Part shown: positions 60,753 to 64,000 of the stretch, in pieces
Position numbering within the stretch: position 1 is the first letter of the stretch
Layout of the letters: the number at the start of each line of letters is the position of its first letter
NCBI RefSeq assembly: GCF_006345805.1
Contig: NC_043019.1
Location: 29,821,360 to 29,885,359 of the forward strand
DNA length: 64,000 nt
Direction: 5' to 3'
From: Octopus sinensis
Taxonomy: Eukaryota
Translations under genes and position numbers: made by a program
The notes under the pieces: model-generated
Seen by the model: the letters and a program-made list of their open reading frames with translations, nothing else
Told to the model about the DNA's origin: nothing
Database searches by the model: none

Positions 60753-62233
60753 TATATTTATATATACACACACACGCATATATATATATAACCAAAATAA
60801 GCAACAGGATATCAAGAGGTGATGCAATATGACTGTTTCAAGTGGCTCCATTTAATTGAACAATGCAATCATTACATCAATTTAAATGCAGGGCTATCGT
60901 CAGCTGCATAAATAAATAAATAGAATTTTTTAATCAGTTGGACACATGAATATAATTTTACTCAAATTCTCTGATAGAGCAAGAAGAGGGAGAAAGTCCA
61001 TGTTGCTACTAATGTGACTCAGAATATGCCACACTTCTAAGAACTGTATGGAGTCTGTTAGGGTTATAGCTTGTAAATGATTGTGGTTCTCTTTTAATTC
61101 ATTAGTCCTTTTTTATCAACTACTAAATCTAAAGCTAGAGGACAGCTTCTATTTATTTATTTATGCAGCTGAGGATAATAGCCCTGCATTTAAATTGATG
61201 TAATGATTGCATTGTAATGATTAGAAATTTTTGCATGGGGTATGTGGGGTGGATAGGGGGACCGCTTTCCCCTCCATCCCAGAATCATTGGAAATTTTTT
61301 TTTCCTGTTGAATGAATTCCTGTGACCTCCTAATATGCTACAAAATCCTTTTTGGGGTTTGAAAAATGGGGTGGGGTGAGGTGGAAGTCTTTTTTTCCTT
61401 AGTGAAAATTGTGCTGGTGAAAAGATCAATGAGGGTTGGGGGTGAAATTTCCAAGGCTTCCACCTCATCCTACCCCGTTTTTCGGACCCCCAAAAAGGTT
61501 TTGCAGCATATTAGGAGGCCACAGGAATTCATCCAATGAAAAAAAAATTAATTTCCAATGATTCCGGGATGGAGGGGGCACCTTTTTTTCCGAATCAAAA
61601 TAAGGGATTTGCAGCATATTAGGAGGTCAGGGTACTTGATTCCGTGCAAAAAATCCAATTTTTTTTTTTTTAGTGAAAATCGTGCAGGTGTTAATATAGA
61701 AATTTACCATAATTTTGTTGCTGTTTAGCTTCAAATCAACCCTGATACAGCAAAACTATCATCAAAGACATTCCAGCCTTCTGCAAACCGTTTTTTCAAG
61801 GATACGGTAGGACATTACGTACAATGGTTGTGTGATTTAGGCAGGGGATACTTTGGCTGCTATTTTTAGCGTGTCGAATGACCAGGTAGAGGCTCTTTCA
61901 TTGGTTCGATTGAGTGGGACCCGGAAGTTGTTGTTCGCAAACAGAAGCAGTAATTTTCTTCAGCTGAATACACGTCATTGATTGGTTAAAATTACCAAAA
62001 TACGACAACTTTAACACGAAATAACTTCTAAAATACAAAATTTTGTCAAAAACGTTAAGAGTAAACCCTGTTCTATGTGACACATTCTACCAGTATCCGA
62101 AGTTGTAAAGTGTTTAATCAAAAAAAATTAATTAAAAAATCTGGTCGTCTGATTGAGATCCAAAAATTGTCAAATTATACATTGGAGTGATAAGAAAAGA
62201 CGAACTGAAATCGCAATTATCAACACATTGGAA

Positions 62234-62280
<47 letters not shown>

Positions 62281-62854
62281 TATGAAAACACAGAGTAGAA
62301 GATAGTAAAATAAAATGTACATACACAAACGGAGTGAGAGAACAAGGAGTGGGAGAGTGAACGAAAAAGAAGCGGGAGGGAAAGATATTGAGAAATAAAG
62401 CGAAGTGAGAGAGAGAGAGACAGAAGAAAACAGGGAGGAGGAAATTAAAGCGAAAGAAGGGGAGGAGAGTAAGGATAGCGATAGAATAAGAGAGCGAGAG
62501 AAAGTGGTGCAAAGAGAAAGAGGAAGAGTGATGCAGAAAGAGAGAGAGAGAGAGAAGGATTATCTTCGTTATTTTTTGTTTGTTTCATGTGCCAAGGATG
62601 TATGAGCAGCACTCAGTTTCTGGCATCCAGTGAGGCGGAAGCCGGATTTCTGAAACAGTAAAGTATTTATCCATTGAGACAGATCTTGTTTGAGGGAGGA
62701 TAGAGGGTAATTGTAATTATGAGCTATGTATGAAACGAAACTAGCGATAAGCCATTTCAAGGGCTGATCTCTCTCGTCGGTGTGATTAGCGGATACAAAG
62801 ATAAAATAACATAGATAGTAATTTAGGGACAGGAAAAAAACTCTAGTGTCGGTT

Positions 62855-63216
62855 ATGGAAGTGAACATCGCTGGACAGTCGAAACCAGTGGAAGTGACTT
62901 GTGTTGCAGAGGTGAAGCATCTGGATATTGGGGTGTCCAATACGCTAAATGGAGGAGATACGTCTACATCGGGGGCATATGATGACACGGCTTGTGAAGG
63001 AGACCGATTGTGTGGCTGGTTGTCAGTGCGGCCCAACACCAAGCTTTTGCCTAAAATAAACAAACAAAGATATTTTGTGTTCTCCGAAAAAACATGTAAA
63101 CTTTATCATTACCGGAGTCAACACGACATGCTTCCTTTGGGAGAAATTGATATCTACAATGCTTCTTTCAACTTCGAGGCCAGCAATTTGGATAAACCCG
63201 GCCTGTTCGAAATCAG
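62855..63216 (+). CDS. TBC1D2: First coding exon of a TBC1D2/TBC1D2B-like RabGAP (N-terminal PH domain); the gene continues beyond the window
   Basis: MEVNIAG...RLCGWLSVRP...KQRYFVFSEKTCKLYHYRSQHDMLPLGEIDIYNASFNFE...GLFEI matches the TBC1D2-family PH pattern (LCG.L...RWF.FD...C.LYY.R...D..PL..IDI..A.F). There is an in-frame TAG at 62816 upstream of the ATG, and the donor is AG|gtaagc (phase 2). Confidence 0.8.
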
Positions 63217-64000
63217 GTAAGCATGGCGAAATATAACTACATTTACAGTGTAATATGATGATTTAATATAATGTAATATAATATGCACACTTCATAATTT
63301 TATTGATAGGATGTATGTATATGATTGACAAGATTTCCGAAATTCCTTGTTTAATCTATCACCTTATAAATGAAAATATTCTAAAACACCCCCTTTTAGA
63401 ATTATTGTGTTAAAGATGAGGGCGGACGGAATCAACTTCAATCACATGTTTTTCATTTTCAAGTGTATCATACATATATTTAACACGATCACACACATAC
63501 ACACACAACATAAATATAGATATATATATGTATAAACACATTTTCACGTGCGTGTGGTGTGTGTTCTTATTACGGGTTACACATGTAAACATCCACCCGC
63601 GCATCTTTTACTGAATGCATCAAGACACCCGCGATAATTGAGATCCTATCCTTAACATGTTTACATGCAATGCAGACGCCTCATGTGTCCACCACGTAAC
63701 CACCCATCAAATTCCAGGTCCTGTGCATATAGCAGAAAGAATTATATAAAGATTTCTGTAAAATTTTGGAATATAATTCGAAACATTCAACATAAGACAC
63801 TTTAAAAGACAGACAGCACAACTACACTAAAAGCAAAATGCAAAAATTCGAACATCGCTGTTGGTTAATTGATTTTGGTCCAGTTAACTTCGTCTGGTAT
63901 TGTTTTATCGATTCTTCTTCTCGTGTTTTAATCCTGCAAAGTGTTAAAGAATTCCTTCTTTACTGCAGTTCCTTTTAACGAGTGCTATTCTATTTTAGCA

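Noticed and set aside
61268-61577. About 120-bp-arm foldback upstream of TBC1D2
   Set aside because: The arms are substantially diverged and a third partial copy follows at about 61605-61690. It looks like an ordinary old palindromic MITE rather than a young unique-sequence inversion.
62569-63063. 164-aa minus-strand ORF
   Set aside because: Antisense shadow of the TBC1D2-like coding exon.

Overview
This is AT-rich eukaryotic genomic DNA, very probably from an Octopus species (inferred from the dense tRNA-headed SINE families, the TA/CA microsatellite load and mollusc-like proteins). Three protein-coding genes are supported by hand-assembled exons. (1) The last two exons of DNAJC21 (+, 5558-5720 and 8574-8735) include the C-terminal C2H2 finger. 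(2) A complete 10-exon MTG1 mitochondrial ribosome-assembly GTPase lies on the - strand (56305 to 30511; 990 nt, 329 aa; all phases consistent). Its intron 2 is a textbook U12 (minor spliceosome) intron. (3) The first coding exon of a TBC1D2/TBC1D2B-like PH-domain RabGAP (+, 62855-63216) sits head-to-head with MTG1. The rest is SINEs, MITEs and hAT/mariner/piggyBac/Merlin-like/Helitron-like/RTE/Penelope remnants, plus simple repeats; almost all ORFs in the track derive from these. The most interesting unexplained structures are: several long, near-perfect inverted repeats of non-TE sequence (one joined to a locally templated 239-bp duplication); a 75-bp higher-order minisatellite built from kB-like GGAAANTTCC palindromes between the divergent genes; and an orphan housekeeping-type promoter at about 12.4 kb beside a two-TM small ORF. 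No CRISPR, rRNA or bona fide tRNA gene was found. Nothing was database-checked.
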